Shown here piece by piece: positions 1 to 13,926 of a stretch of DNA of 64,000 bases (position 1 is the first letter of the stretch; each line of letters begins with the position of its first letter). The position numbers and the translations under genes were made by a program. The stretch is from Saccostrea cucullata. Taxonomy: Eukaryota. Location of the stretch: NCBI RefSeq assembly GCF_032062105.1, contig NW_026932767.1, forward strand, positions 62,001-126,000, given 5' to 3'. The notes under the pieces are model-generated. The model was not told where the DNA came from. It made no database searches and worked only from the letters and a program-made list of their open reading frames with translations.

Positions 1-3000
1 AAAGTATATCCTAATAATACTAGTCATAGATACATGTGTAAAACAAATATCATTAATTTACCTCTTTTATTTCGATACAAGCCTGTTCCTCCAAAGTTCT
101 ATCGTCACAACATTAACTTTCGGTTTGAAAAGTTTTGTTTTGTATTTAGAGTTGTCCCGCTTTAATCTACAGTTTAGTTTAAAGAAGTTGTATTTTCTAA
201 TTCAAATACCTTTCCTGTGAAACTAGGAAGAACAGGTCCACGTAAGAATCGGGCAAAATCAAAGAATGGGTGCACTACGTCATGTGGAACCTGTTCGGCT
301 ATACCCATTTTAAGCTTTACTTTACAATTCATCACTAAATTTTAAAATGTTTGATAACTGTACAAGCATATGCTTTTGATTTTTTTGCCTTGAATTTTTT
401 TTTCAGATACTCTGGGTATATTCCTATAATTACAGACATTATCATTTTTTTCTGAAGTATTTGTAATTTTTGCTCTTAATTTATTTCAGGAAAAGGGGTG
501 TTTATAACTACAAATTACCTCATACAACCTTAATAAATGAATGAAGAGGTTTATGACTTTTATTTTCTTTTTTTATTCATTAGAAACTGTGGAAAAATAG
601 CGTAAATTTTACAAATTTATGGGACGCGTTTTGTGTCTACCTTGTTCCTACAAAAGGAAAAATGAATCCAGTTTATTAGTTCGTGTAAATATTACGGGGA
701 TGAGACAAATCCATGAATTCAAGAAAATTAAAGCACCAAAAAATCTTTTAAAAAATTCCGGATTATATACTCTATTCGGGGATGTGTTATACATTTGTAA
801 GTGTGTAAGCGAGTGTATTCCTCTTAATAGGAAGGTCATATTATAATTATTATAGCTTTGTACTTAGTATTTACATGCACTGAATATTTTCTTATTTATT
901 TCTTAAGAAAACCCATTGCGTTTATCAGTGCATGAACTACACTGTACAGATTTCTTGATCAGTGGCTGTTCCATCAGTGAAATATACAAAGACGTTTGCA
1001 TATATACAATAATAAATCTTTTTAATCCCACGTATTTAAATGATTATTTAAACAGATATAAATATAAACAATAAAACGTCTTTCTTTGATAGTTAGTACG
1101 GGAATGGATTCGCAGCTATTGCAGAAAAAAAATTACAACATGCTAGAAGTTTTTCTATAACTAGTAATTACAAAAAAGATTTCTCTGTAAAAAGAGAGAA
1201 TGATAAAATATTTTAGAGATGTAACTAAAAAAATAAAGATTCCTAGGCCTTATGAATCATGAAAAAACTTACGTGAAATGTACATTTACATGCGCGGGTC
1301 TGGAGGGGGTGGGAGTTTGGGGGTTAGGGATCTGCCCCGCTTCGCCTTGGTCACTAATGGGTAACGAGGGATAACATTTTTACATATTTCCCTTAATATA
1401 ATTATTTTATTAATTCTCGTAATAAATAAAACAAGCTTTATTAACTACAATGTACCCGTTTCCATAATAGCCTGTTGCAATGTACGATCATTACAAACTT
1501 AAACTCACGTATTCAAAACATTTTTAGAGCATTATATAGTATTAATTTGCGAAATTGGCTATGCATCTAGAAAATATGATATATGAAATAATATTTATAA
1601 TATTTTGTAATACTCGTAATACAGAGACCATCGTTATTAATAAAACAGAGACTAATACCATTCTATTTCCATAAGAGTTTTTATCGTCGCAAAATTAAAT
1701 GTTCTAGTTTGTAGTTGGAATTGTTTCGCTTCCTACATACTTCAAATAGTTTACTTTTCATCTTTTGTTTTATTAGTCTGTATAAAAAATATTTCTCTGT
1801 ACAAAAAAGAGAAAGATTGGATTTTGAAAGATGTAACTGACAAACAATCTAATAGATACCAGTAAACATGAATCACATAAAAACACTTATCTGAAGTTTA
1901 CATGCATTTCCTTTCCTATAAGTAAAATTTGCTTTGATAGATTCACCACAAACGTTCTGATTTTTTTAAAAAATCCGAATTACAAAAGATTTAACGTGTA
2001 AAAAGATATTTAAAACTACATTTTGATATATTCGATCAGTAAATGAACATGTATGCCATCTTTTTTAATATATACTCTTCACAATGGTACGAAAAAATAG
2101 TCACACTCATGATCAGCAGATACATAATTATTTCACCATTTATATTAACTTCATGATTATTGTTTATTATTAATTTTCACACAATTTCTTCTGAAAAAAA
2201 GTGTCAATCAATAAATATGTGTCTTGACTGTGCCTCGAAAAGGAGGAGAGATACCAGCTTATCATATTTTCAAGACTCAAATGTTATGTTTAGAAAAAAG
2301 TGAAGATTAGTCGGCAAACCTCCTTTCTGGGGGTGTCACCTGCGTTGTGCAGTAGTTAGGGCGTTAGTCCGAAATATCTGTTTTCCAGGCTTTTTTTTAC
2401 GATTTTGATATCTTACGTGCGAGGAAAATGTAAAATATCAAAATCGTTAAAAAGCCAGCGAAACCTAAGATATTTCTGACTATTATAGAGCGTCTGCTCT
2501 AAAATAAAATGTATAGGTCTTACGCAAGGAAATGAAATAGCCGATCAAAATGACCTTTCAATTGTAGTTCTATATATATAGATAGACAGACAATTTTTTC
2601 TCTATTTTCATTGTCGGAAACTTTTTTAAGGTTTACAAGAAACTACCAGGAACATCATATGATTAGCAGAACTGTGCCATTGAATTAAAGCGAACTCTTT
2701 TTTTTAGATGTACATGATGCAACTTTCTGGATGGTGAGTAGACTGTTCGAAAACGTATGAAATTCACACATGTGTTTGGTGGGGTAGGTATGTTTACTCT
2801 CAGTTTTCTTTCAGAAAGCCGCATAGACGTCTTTTTTCTTATCTAAAGTTTTTGTCTCACTCTCAGCATTTATTTTATTTTCTCTTACTATAGTAACAAT
2901 TACATGTAATAAAAATATTTCCTTGAGTGAGACCTTAAGTCGCCGATTCAAATCCACTGCAGTATATGGAATCCCTGGATGACGCCGTATAAACCGATGT

Positions 3001-3187
3001 CCTGTGTCGCAGTAGATGTTACCAAGAAAAAGATCCATTGATCAATGGCCCTGAGTGCCGAGTATAGATACAAATTTTTAGCTCTCCACCGGCAAGCGAT
3101 GGCGTCTCCATATGAATGAAAAATTCTAGATAAGGACGTTAAACAACACAAAGAAATAATACATGTATTTAAGGAATATGCTTAGAT

Positions 3188-3500
3188 ATCGAACAGTATT
3201 TTAAACCTCAAAAGTCCATTCAAAGAATACAGATCAGGAGCAGGGCAAACACTCTAAAACATGGAGGTGCATGGGATCAGGTGCCATGGAAGAGCGATAC
3301 CCTGTCAACCAGTCACATCCGCCGTGTGCTCCTTGTCATGATCGGGATATAGCGGGAAAAATCTGTCAACATTGCAGTGTGTAAAAAATAATGGCCTAAC
3401 AATTGGTATGAAAAGCGTCAGTCAGCATTTGACTTCATAATGTAACAGATGAATTTGCTGACAAGATCATTGTATCGACCATAATGACCATTGTGATTTG
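3188..3500. mobile_element. Degenerate dispersed repeat (Penelope-like/SINE-like end)
   Basis: Shares cgaacagta...caaaagtc...ggatcaggtgccatggaagag...cagtcacatccgccgtgtgctc with 10215-10440, 11221-11335 and 24295-24800. Confidence 0.55.
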
Positions 3501-4121
3501 GTGAAGTCTTCTATTTTATTCGAATAGACGTTATCGTCTTTTGAGATAGGTAATACATGTATCGCCATTTCGAATTATGTATGAAAAGACTGCTCCCAAA
3601 ATTATACATGATCTGCATGTGCATTTACCCTTTTTAGAAAGCAAACATCTAAGTCTTTAAATGCAAAAAATAGTAATGACAGGGGGGAAGTATAAATAAA
3701 TACTAGTATAGGGAATAAAATGAATTAAAAAAGAACAAGAGAAAAGGACATCCAAACTTACCTTATGGCTAATTGAAATTAAGTTCTTTTATTAGTAAAT
3801 TGGATTACTCTATGGATCGTTTTGTGTATTTATAACTTAAAGGGCCTGGGTGGTTGTGGTCATTTTCATACTATTTTGTTTTTTCTTATCAATGCAATAC
3901 CGAAATACTGACTATTAGACAAGTTGGCTCAAATTCAGATCGAAAAGTTCAGAGAAACATTAATTATCGTTCTTTCAAAATCTTGTCCCAAAATACAAAA
4001 TCATTTTCATCAATTTTTGATTACGGCTAATGAAATGAATTCGCACTTAAAGGCCCTTAAGATTATATTCTTTATTTTGCATTGTAGTTACATTGTCTTG
4101 AGGAAGAGGACTTCAATCCTA

Positions 4122-4124
<3 letters not shown>

Positions 4125-4163
<39 letters not shown>
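4125..4163. repeat. (TA)n microsatellite
   Basis: Direct reading. Confidence 0.95.
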
Positions 4164-4166
<3 letters not shown>

Positions 4167-4470
4167 CTTTTAAATTAGAATGAGAGCTATCAACTGTATC
4201 AAAATAACTATATTTATAAAAATCTTACCCATGCCATGGCTAATGAATGGAAGGATATTATAAAAACAGTTAACGAAAGGGAGATGATTAAATTATTCCC
4301 AAGTAAATTTGATTAACTAGATAACAATGAATATTGTCATCACTAGAATAGCAAAACTCAAACAAACAAAAACATGTTTTCTTGTTTTTAATTTTTTTTT
4401 CACCAATACCCTTCTTTGTAATTGTTTTTTTATATATAACAATGTACGTCGACTAGACTTTTATTTGTTA

Positions 4471-5676
4471 TCATTTCCTTCTCCATAAAACATCATTTGG
4501 CCAAGAGAGTCTGTTGTTAAGAGGCAGAAGCTGCGTAGCTAAGGACGGTCTTGTTGGTTGAAATCCATGACGAGTTAAAAAGTCTATTATCTCCTGTCCG
4601 GCCGGGCCAGTTTTTAGCCACATCCACTCCATTAATACCGCTCTCACGTCGACTTTATTAAAAAAGTTTTCACCTCCTCTGAAAACTCTATTCTCGTAAC
4701 CTTCAACATCCATTTTTATTATCACTTTATTCAGATTAAAATCCGGAAGTTCAAGTATGTCGTCCAGAGTCGCTGTCTGTACGTTTCCGTAGTTACCTGA
4801 AACTCGACTTCCTCTCACTTTGTTTGGATTTTTATCTTTTGCTACAAAGGTTCCACCTATATTTCCTCTGTCTGCTCCAAGGGAAACTGTTTCGTGAACA
4901 TCTGAAAGAGCATTATATATCAACTGAACGTTCTCTGTAAAATTGTTTTGTTTCACAGTAGCACACAGCCTTTGGATATTCATTGCCAGTGCATCAACAG
5001 CAACCACTTTTCTACCAAATTTTGCAACGGCCATCGAATAAACTCCAATGTTGGCACCAAGATCTAAAAATTGTAACTTTGGATCCTGTCTAAGAAAGGT
5101 CAGAATGAGGTCAATGAAGCCTCCTTCCCAGGAGCCAAATTTAAGAACACTGTTACTAACATGAATGTCGTCTTTGGGGTTATGGATGAAAATCGGAACA
5201 GCCCCCGCCGAGGTTCTTAATGTTGCCTGCATGAACTTGGGGTAGTTTTTGCAGGTTCTCTCGTCTCTAGTCCATTGTTTTGCATTTCTAGCATACAGTC
5301 GAACAGATATGGGTCCAAATGTTGGTAAAACCTTAATCAATTTAGTTGTTTGTTGATAATTTAACACCGTTTTTCTTGTGACCTGTTTTTCTGAGGTAAT
5401 GCCGGTAGTATTTCTTCTTTCTTTCAATAGATTTCTGTTTTTGTGCACGTTTAAAATTCCCAACTTTAAATTTTTGTCTGGGATACTTGAATTTCCATTT
5501 AATTTCATTGACTCTGTATTACTGTTCCCTTTAAATATTCGAATCCCAGCATTCAATATTGTCTGGCCATGGTGTGAAATATTAATGTTAGTCTCTCTTC
5601 CAATGCCATATAGAAACCATCCTAGAGTGAAAGCACCCATCATGAGAAATACTGTCCAAATCTTATTTAGCTCCAT
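4471..5676 (-). CDS. FkbM (Methyltransf_21)-family SAM-dependent methyltransferase, type II membrane protein, paralog 1 (401 aa, single coding exon)
   Basis: Long ORF with an N-terminal hydrophobic anchor (IWTVFLMMGAFTLGWFLYGI) and an Asn/Thr-rich stem. Contains SAM motif I FLDLGANIGVYS and the FkbM signature IIKMDVEGYE. Clearly paralogous to the ORFs at 18065 and 25204. Confidence 0.9.
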   Translation of the reverse strand: MELNKIWTVFLMMGAFTLGWFLYGIGRETNINISHHGQTILNAGIRIFKGNSNTESMKLNGNSSIPDKNLKLGILNVHKNRNLLKERRNTTGITSEKQVTRKTVLNYQQTTKLIKVLPTFGPISVRLYARNAKQWTRDERTCKNYPKFMQATLRTSAGAVPIFIHNPKDDIHVSNSVLKFGSWEGGFIDLILTFLRQDPKLQFLDLGANIGVYSMAVAKFGRKVVAVDALAMNIQRLCATVKQNNFTENVQLIYNALSDVHETVSLGADRGNIGGTFVAKDKNPNKVRGSRVSGNYGNVQTATLDDILELPDFNLNKVIIKMDVEGYENRVFRGGENFFNKVDVRAVLMEWMWLKTGPAGQEIIDFLTRHGFQPTRPSLATQLLPLNNRLSWPNDVLWRRK

Positions 5677-7323
5677 GTTGAGTTAAACGTTTAAAATTTT
5701 CGGACTTCACAAGCAGAAACATTCCTTAGTCATTTAATTTTCGGTCCCACTTAATCCATTATAGTAATACCCACAAGTAACGATCAACCGTATTATTTAC
5801 ATAAATCATTCAACAAGGAAGGATTTCACACTGATTAGTACTAGTACTTACTTATTCAATAGTATTTAAGTAAAACAAGAACAGTATTTCCCCAAACTTC
5901 CTCAAATACATGGATATATACACGCATAAGTCACTTGAACTTTTTTCTTTGTTTCCTAGATTGTCCAGCTCATATCCTCAAGTGTTGAGCGCAAAGGTCA
6001 TTTTACTTGCTGAGTGTTACAAACATTTAAAATACTTTAAATGCGTATTGTTTGTGAACTCTGGATTTACCACCAGCTTCAAACAACGTTGACTCGTGTG
6101 TAAATAAGTGGTAAATATGGATTACTCAATTGTATTGACCAGTCTGCCTTTGTAAACCGAGTTCCAGCACGCCTTTCTGCTCGTGTCAATATCACAGAAA
6201 TTCGAATCTTAATTTTGTACACAATTCTATCTGACTCTCCGTTGTTGGAATGTTCTTTTGTTAATGCTCTTAATAGCTAATATTGATTTCAGACCTGTTT
6301 ATTACACATTTAAATATTCACTCCTCGTATCAAATGTATATAGATCCATAATTGATAAACAATAATGCAATTATCTACTGGGGACAGAACTAATTCCTGA
6401 GTATATATTCATATTCAGTAGTCTGTCGTGTTTCTCTGATTGTGATGCTTAGAAATGTTGTATATAGTTGAGGGAGAATACTACCAGGTATATCTAATGA
6501 TGAGTCTGATACATGCGACGAATAAAGTAGTGAAAACCATGATACCCTAGATGTATTTTTCCGTTTCAACAAGAATTCGTCGGTCACAAAATTATGATGA
6601 ATGCAGCATTTTAAGGATGTACAACACACCTACCCCAAAAAATTCCTGTCGTTTAATTTTCGTTATTTTTGTATATTTAGTACTTGACTATATCTACTGT
6701 ATGTATGCACATTTTGGACAAAATCGTTCGAGTGGTTTTTGGACAGGAACTTCCAAAAGTTACCCCCCTTTAGTTGTTTACAAGGAGAGAAAATTTTTAA
6801 TCAATGAACTACTTAAACCTTGATTTTCAAAAAAGCCAGGTTAGATATAAATGTCAAATTTTATTGGCTTATTCCTTTCACCATTTAACACAAAAACATA
6901 GTCATCTTTTTGATATACATATCATCAAAACAATTTTTAAAGACCTTAAACTGAAAAACTATGAATTTTCATAGCCTTGAAAATTGCGTATTTTTCAAAT
7001 TCAAAATTTTTTTGTGAAAAAACCTGTCGTTTAATTTTGGTAAAAAACTTTCTTTAGGTAGCTGGTAGTAAAAATAATCTTCATAATTTTTTGTATAATT
7101 TTTGTACGACCAGTTTTGATTTAATAGCGGAAAATTACCCCCTCCCCCTTTCTCAATAAATTTTACTTTGTTATATGAATCTACAAATACACATTAAAAA
7201 AATCAAATTGTAATATTGTTTTTGCTTCAAAAATATATTAATATTTTCTATATTCTAAATTTGCCATATCCGACGTCAGATGCAGGATTTTTTTTTATAA
7301 AAAGAATGCAAAGATTGCTTTAA

Positions 7324-7808
7324 GGTCAAGATCTAGTAAATGGAAGGTGCCTACAGATTTTTCAAATTTAAGAAATTAATTCCTTGAATGATGCTTTATA
7401 ACATTAGCTTGGTCAAAATATATGTTTCGGGGCATAATTTGTAGAAAAACAAAATGAAAAACCATATTTTAAACTGTCATTTTCAATGAAAAATTAAGAA
7501 AACCAGTATTGAAAATGGGAGTTGTTTCCATATCAGGCAAAGAAAATGTATCCAGATTGCCTACAGTTTTTCGGAAAATGGTAATATGTATGTTCTTAGT
7601 CTCTATTTTAAAATAATGTAAAATTTAAGATAGGTATCGGGACTACTTTTCATGTGATTTCAAATTGAATTCCATGGAAATACTTTATTTTCTACATAAT
7701 TCTATTAGAGCCGTAAAGTACGGGAAAAAGAAAGTTGAAAGTGATTATGACGTCATAATGGATTTAGCACTGAAAAGTTGTTCTAAAGTCATTTACTAGA
7801 TCTTGACC
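7324..7808. mobile_element. TTAA-target MITE (Kolobok-like, GG termini)
   Basis: TIR ggtcaagatctagtaaatg / catttactagatcttgacc, flanked by TTAA at 7320-7323 and 7809-7812. Confidence 0.85.
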
Positions 7809-8422
7809 TTAAAAATAATTATGCGGTATAAATTGTAAACGTTTTATTAACAATGATGCCACAAACAATGAATTTATCGGCGATATATCAAGACGATCGA
7901 CGCAGCATGGTTTTTTTTTTTCAATGTCAGACGTGCAGATTTACATCCAAAATAGGAACTTGACTTAGTGATTATTTAAGCCTCGTTATTTCGAGTTCCA
8001 TAAAAATACATTGGAGAACATTTTATTTTCATGTCGTTTGTACGGTGTGAAATACGACTTTTTGGACATATTTTAAATTACTGTGTAAATTAACTTTTCG
8101 GACTTTGTGTAAATTGTTATCAAAACTTTTCAAATAGTTCGGCAATAGTGATAAATTTTATAAATTCCGCAAAGTCTTAATCCACCCGAGGCATAGTTTG
8201 AGAAGGACACCTATTCCATCAAATGCCTTTTGTTGATATTTATTGACACTTAATTAATCTTCGATCTGCTTTAATTCTATTATATAAATGCCATTATTAC
8301 AATGTCACCATTCGCTCAATAACGTTCGCATGATACTTAATTTCTTCATTAACCGTTTTCTTTTTTTTCTTTCTTTATTCAGTATGTATGCTTAGTTGTT
8401 AAATATTAAAGTCAATTGGAAT

Positions 8423-9321
8423 CTACGGAAGCCCGTTGGTGCCACGTACGAAAAATATTTTATTTGGCGGCCGCCAGATATTAAGTGGCGGCCGCCACTT
8501 ATTATTTGGCGGCCGCCACATAATTTATATTCGCCATTTAATATTGGCGGCCGCCACTTATTATTCGGCGGCCGCCACTTATATATTATTAATTCGGCGG
8601 CCGCCACTTATATATCTGGCGGTCGCCACTTATTATTTGGCGGCCGCCACTTAATATCTGGCGGCCGCCACATAATTTACTAGTGAAATGTGAGTGTTAT
8701 TGTGTCTTTATTGGGTTAAGATATGATGGATGTTGACACGGCCGCTGCTTATTGATAAAAAAGTTTATGATAAAAAAGAATTCTTAAATATTGGAACACC
8801 ATTCTTGGAAATCCAGAATGCACAACTTTATTTAGTTCTCAAATCAAATATTAATCTGCTCTATGCAAAAACATATCTACTAGAAGTGTGGTTTGAAGTG
8901 TCGGGTCCTAATAATCTCTTTGGTTGATTTTCACACTGTATCCACCTCTGAAATCACACGTTAAAACATGCGCGCGCATCAGGTAGCCAAATGTTATCTG
9001 GCGGACGCCAGATAAAGTATGATAAATATTTGGCAGCCGCCAAATATTATGTAGCGGCCGCCAGATAAATATGTGGCGGCCGCCAGATGTTATATAGCGG
9101 CCGCCAGTTAAATATTTTACGGCCGCCAGATATTATGTAGCGACCGCCAGATAAATATATGGCGGCCGCCATATAATTTTTTTGGCGGCCGCCATATATT
9201 AAGTGGCGGCCGCCAAATAATAAGTGGCGGCCGCCAGATATATAAGTGGCGGCCGCCAAATAATAAGTGGCGGCCGCCAGATAAAATATTTTTCGTACGT
9301 GGCACCAACGGGCTTCCGTAG
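8423..9321. mobile_element. MITE with 5-bp TSD and subterminal GGCGGCCGCC minisatellite arms
   Basis: TIR of ~40 bp (ctacggaagcccgttggtgccacgtacgaaaaatatttta). TSD GGAAT at 8418-8422 and 9322-9326. Each arm carries ~20-bp repeats. Confidence 0.9.
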
Positions 9322-9765
9322 GGAATCAGACCCTCGGTGCTGATACATCCCAAATTCGTGTAAAAGTATACACCTTGCAACTGAAACTCAAAGTAAAAGT
9401 ACAAAAAGTGTTACTCGTATCTGTGTCTTGAGGTTTTAAAGAATCTGGGTTCAACAATAAGAGGAAAACTTACGATTGGCCCAGAATATGTAGAGTAGTG
9501 GTATTAGACGACAAATTATCCCGTAATACCTGTCTGGTCGCCTTTATATTGATTACCATTACTTGATTTTCTACCAACGCTATAAATCTGATGCAAGCAG
9601 GTACAGGTAATATTCAAACTGAAAGGGAGGTATTAGTTTGTCGAATTGATCAATGATATGGACGTAAAAATGCAAACGAATATATAAGATATTTACGGTA
9701 ATTCACTAAATTATAATTCATTAACTTTCATTTAAAAGAAAAGAATTTTATGTTTTCGTCTCTTC

Positions 9766-9797
<32 letters not shown>

Positions 9798-10214
9798 GGG
9801 GGTTGTCTTTCAGACGCTTTACAGAAGATGAACCTTTTTTATATTGTACCTTTCCCATTTTCTTTAATCTTAAATCTTCAATTTACATAAAAATGCACAC
9901 TTGTCTACATACTTTGAAATGAATCATCTTAAGTAATTTATTCATCCTGGTTTGCCTTTTGTCTTCTTTCAATCATGTTCGTTGTCTTCTTCAATCATGT
10001 TTGTTGTACTAATTACCATTTTTAATTTTAAAACTTATCATCATCAATATGTCAATGGCTTTTTAATAATTACTCGCATTCTATAGATTTCAAGCAGCTG
10101 TTTGAATGTCGTTTGATGACCTGCAAAATTCACCTTACTGCAATTTCTGAAAAAATAAACTTTTTATGCAAAATTATGTGATGCAAAACTTTATTACAAT
10201 GAAATATATGGCGC

Positions 10215-10440
10215 TAACGAACAGTATTCAAGCTCAAAAGTCTATTAAACAAAACAAAATTTTGAACAGAGCAAACATGGACCTCTTAAACATCAGGGGT
10301 GTGATTAGGTGTCATGCATGATTGAGCATCCCCCGCCGACCGTTCACACCCACCGTGTGTTTTTGTAGGAAAATAAGGTGGGGGGACCGTCGACAATTCA
10401 GTGTGTAAATAATGGTGTAACAATAAGTATGAAAAAAATC
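10215..10440. mobile_element. Degenerate dispersed repeat, same family as 3188/11221/24295
   Basis: aacgaacagtattcaagctcaaaagtc...gagcaaacatggacctc...gagcatcccc...cacacccaccgtgtg. Confidence 0.55.
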
Positions 10441-11220
10441 GCATCAAAATTCATAAATGACAATAAGTCAATTTCAGTGGCACATATCTGTTACAGATAT
10501 CTCATTTATAGCATGCTTCTCATCGTGTATGTACATGCAGATGTTGCATCGACATTTCTCAGCTTTCCCTTGTTCCCGGGAGCTTTATGAGTCAAATTTC
10601 GCGTTTTTTTTTAACCGAATGAAAAATTGAATAAAGTACTACTAATCTACATTGTAAGTCATTTAGCTGAGCTAGAGTGTCGAAGGTAGATATATAATGA
10701 AGTCGATTTTTAAATACTAGTAAATCTTTTGCATCAAAATAAAATAGACGAAAGAAGGACAAAAACTCGATAGTTAACTCAAACAGAGAAGGGGGATATC
10801 TAATTAAAGAAAATAATTTCCCATCCTATTCAATGTAAAAAAAAAAAAAAAACAATATTTATTTATTTATAAATGTAAATCATTCTATAGATTCTGTTTT
10901 GATACATGCTATGGAAAAATGAAAGGGGTACAAGGAGAACAAAAAAACCTCCCGATTTGAAACGTGATGCATATTGTCATAGGGCCAGATGTGTATGTAA
11001 ATAATTAATTAATTAATTTTCAAATCAATAAAGGGTCTTGTTTCCTGATATATTTGCATGAATGATGAACCTTGCGTTTACGAAGGATTAGGAAATTCCT
11101 ATGAGTATTAAAATGGCATGGTGATTGAACCACTCGGTCAATGCTCATAAAATATAAACTTTCTTGGGTTAAAATTGGTTGAAAAATTTTACAACAATTT
11201 TGTTGTATCATGAAACAAGA

Positions 11221-11335
11221 TAACGAACAGTATACTAGATCAAAAGTCCATAAAACAATACAAAATAGGAGCAGAGCAAACAATGACCTCCGAAACATCA
11301 GAGGTGGAATTAGGTGCTATGGAAGAGTGAGCAAA
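11221..11335. mobile_element. Short fragment of the same dispersed repeat
   Basis: taacgaacagta...caaaagtcc...cagagcaaac...catcagaggtggaattaggtgctatggaagagtgagc. Confidence 0.5.
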
Positions 11336-13011
11336 ATTTGCCTTACAAATGATTGTTTCAATTATACATGTAGTTTCTAAATTTCTATCCTATAGAGGAA
11401 TTGCTTTTACATGCACGAAAAATCACAATGAAATGTCAGTCATAATATTGCAACAGTACGATTGCACTGAAATGGCCTAAAATTTGAAGAAAAAAAAAGA
11501 TGATCGTAATACTCACATCAGAAACGTCACCTGTGCCGATTGTTAGACTTTGACACAGACAAACATATTGAATTAGGGAAAATGTTTAGGAATAATTGGC
11601 TTTCAAATTTGTTCTGAATGACCCAATCATAAACGAATAAACGAGTTATATGTACCAGCTAAAAGTCAGTTGATTATCTCGAAAAGAAAATGGGGGAACT
11701 CAATTTCACGACATCTTTATATTCATTGAGACCATACACGATAATGCTTATGCATTGCTGCAGTGAGTGTATTTTTGTCAATATTGACTACAGTAAGTAA
11801 TGTGACCTAGTGTCTTCGGTAAAAAAATAGAAACCACTGTACGTTTCTAACAAAGAACGCATTTTTCCCCCGCTGAAAGTAGGGGATTTTAATTTCTGTC
11901 CGTCCGTCTCTCTGTCTGTTACACTTTCGTTTTCGCAAGGTATCTCGAAAAGTCTTTGAGCTTTTGCAATGAAATTTTATACCACAAATACGGCATGAGA
12001 AAGATCCCTATTGATTTTGAGGTCAAAAGGTAAAAAGTCAAGGTTGTAAATCCGTGCATTAATTTCTGTGTTGCTATATTGAGCTTTTGCAATGAAATAA
12101 AAAACTTGTTATGGTCCCGCTTGCCCTTCACAAAGTATCCCGGCCCAGGTTTTCCCCAATTGGAAATTGTTAGTATAGAATATACTGAAAGTTTTAGAGT
12201 TACTCCCCGTTTGTATGAAAAGTACCACACGAAGAGCACATGTACTTTAAGTATGAACCCCCTTCTTTTCCCTTTGTTTTGGAAATTTGGTGTCGTGTCA
12301 CCTTTTTTCTAATTTTTGTACTTTAATAGGCATGAAATATGCACTATTATCGATAGTGTAACCCCTTTGTCTCTATGAGCTGTTTTGAAATGTACAGTTT
12401 TCTACTGATACAGTAAAAAAATGTATACATGTATATATATATGCATACTGGCATTTTTTTTTATTTGCCTCAGTATAAACATTTAATGATCCTGCAAATC
12501 CGATGGAGAGTCCGACCCCCCCCCCCCCCCTTTGCGCATGTTCTTTTTCTTCCTAAAGCGGGGAACACAAACTATAGTATCTGAACAAGTCTATTTTCCC
12601 GACACGCAAAATATCAAAATCATGAAAAAACCACTAAACATTAAGATGTCAGGGATTAAAAGGATATTATTTTTCTTTCCTTCTCAATTTAAACAAAAAT
12701 GGATAGTTTGAAATCAAGCAGGAGCTATATACATGTAAGACAATCCTCAGGTAAGTTTGGACTTTCAGTAAAGCATGGTATTCTCGAAGTTACATAATTA
12801 GCATCTGAAATTAACACAGCTTTCATTCACTGTCGAGATATACATGGGATAAAAATTCGGGCAAATGCCAATTAGTGTATCGAATACTAGTAACCAATAA
12901 CATTGACAGCTGTCTCGTGCGGCAAAGAGGTGGGGTTTAAGAACAGACGAGACGTTCCTTAATAATAGATAAATTTTTCTAAGAGTTTGTCATTGAAGTA
13001 TTGCTACTTAA

Positions 13012-13926
13012 GGTAGGATTCTTCTCTGGTTTCTGACTAGATGAAACATTCAAAGTAAATTTGCTTATATGTCTTATATATTGCGGTGTAAGGAATTTAA
13101 AAGACCATATTTTTCTTTCCTAATCACAATTGTACAACTTTAAATAGGAATGGTAAACTGCGTTTGAAAACTAGCAGGGACAATATTTTTGGCGGAATGG
13201 TGGCGTATGAAAAAATCTTATTTTCTGCCTCTCAAAATTATAATAGGACAATAAATTTAGGTACAATTTTTACACAATCAAAGACTTGGAGAAATTTTCA
13301 AATATAAGTTAAATTAATAATGAGGGACTAAACTTTCAAAATATATCAAATAAATATGATTTTTCAAACAAACTAGAAATTTGTTAGCTTTTAAACGCTT
13401 CCTATCAAAGTGCAGATTTGAGCCAAAAATCCATAAAAAGTATTTTTTTCTCTCTTAGTAAACGATCAAAACTTTTTGTTTTTGTGTCATTTTGTACATT
13501 TATAAGACTACTTTATTATATGTGAATGTAAAAAAAGTTAAATATAGGAAGCATATGAAAATAACTAATATATCCTAAAAAATTAAGAAAAACAGAGAAA
13601 ATTCGGATTAGCCAATATCCAGTTAAGTAAAATTATTTATGTAAATTTGGTAATATCGTGCTATAGACCTGATATAGTAATATGTTTTTATGCAAAAAGA
13701 ACAAGCATTAAACTTTTGAAATAGAAGTTGGTATCACATGATTGGCAACAGTTATTTTTTATTCTTAATGTCATGGAAAAAGATAATGACCTTGACCTGA
13801 CCTTGCCTTTAATATAAAACGGTCAAATTTAATTTCACTGATACTATCACTTACTGATGTTGTCTTCTTGATTCTGTGAAAATTTCATTAATTTTTAAAT
13901 ATTAGAAATATGAGAAGAATCCTACC
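13012..13926. mobile_element. TTAA-target MITE (Kolobok-like)
   Basis: TIR ggtaggattcttctc / gagaagaatcctacc, with TTAA on both sides (13008-13011, 13927-13930). Confidence 0.85.

Noticed and set aside
1150-1910. Weak local duplication (~1150-1290 vs ~1770-1910)
   Set aside because: Short, AT-rich and diverged, with no ends or coding signal to interpret.
8460-9290. CRISPR-like look of short palindromic repeats with spacers
   Set aside because: Spacers are ~10 bp and recurrent, there are no cas genes, the context is eukaryotic, and the region is bounded by TIRs and a TSD.
8392-9404. ORFs with repeated GGRH/WRPP/AAAT peptides
   Set aside because: They are translations of the GGCGGCCGCC minisatellite in several frames inside a MITE.
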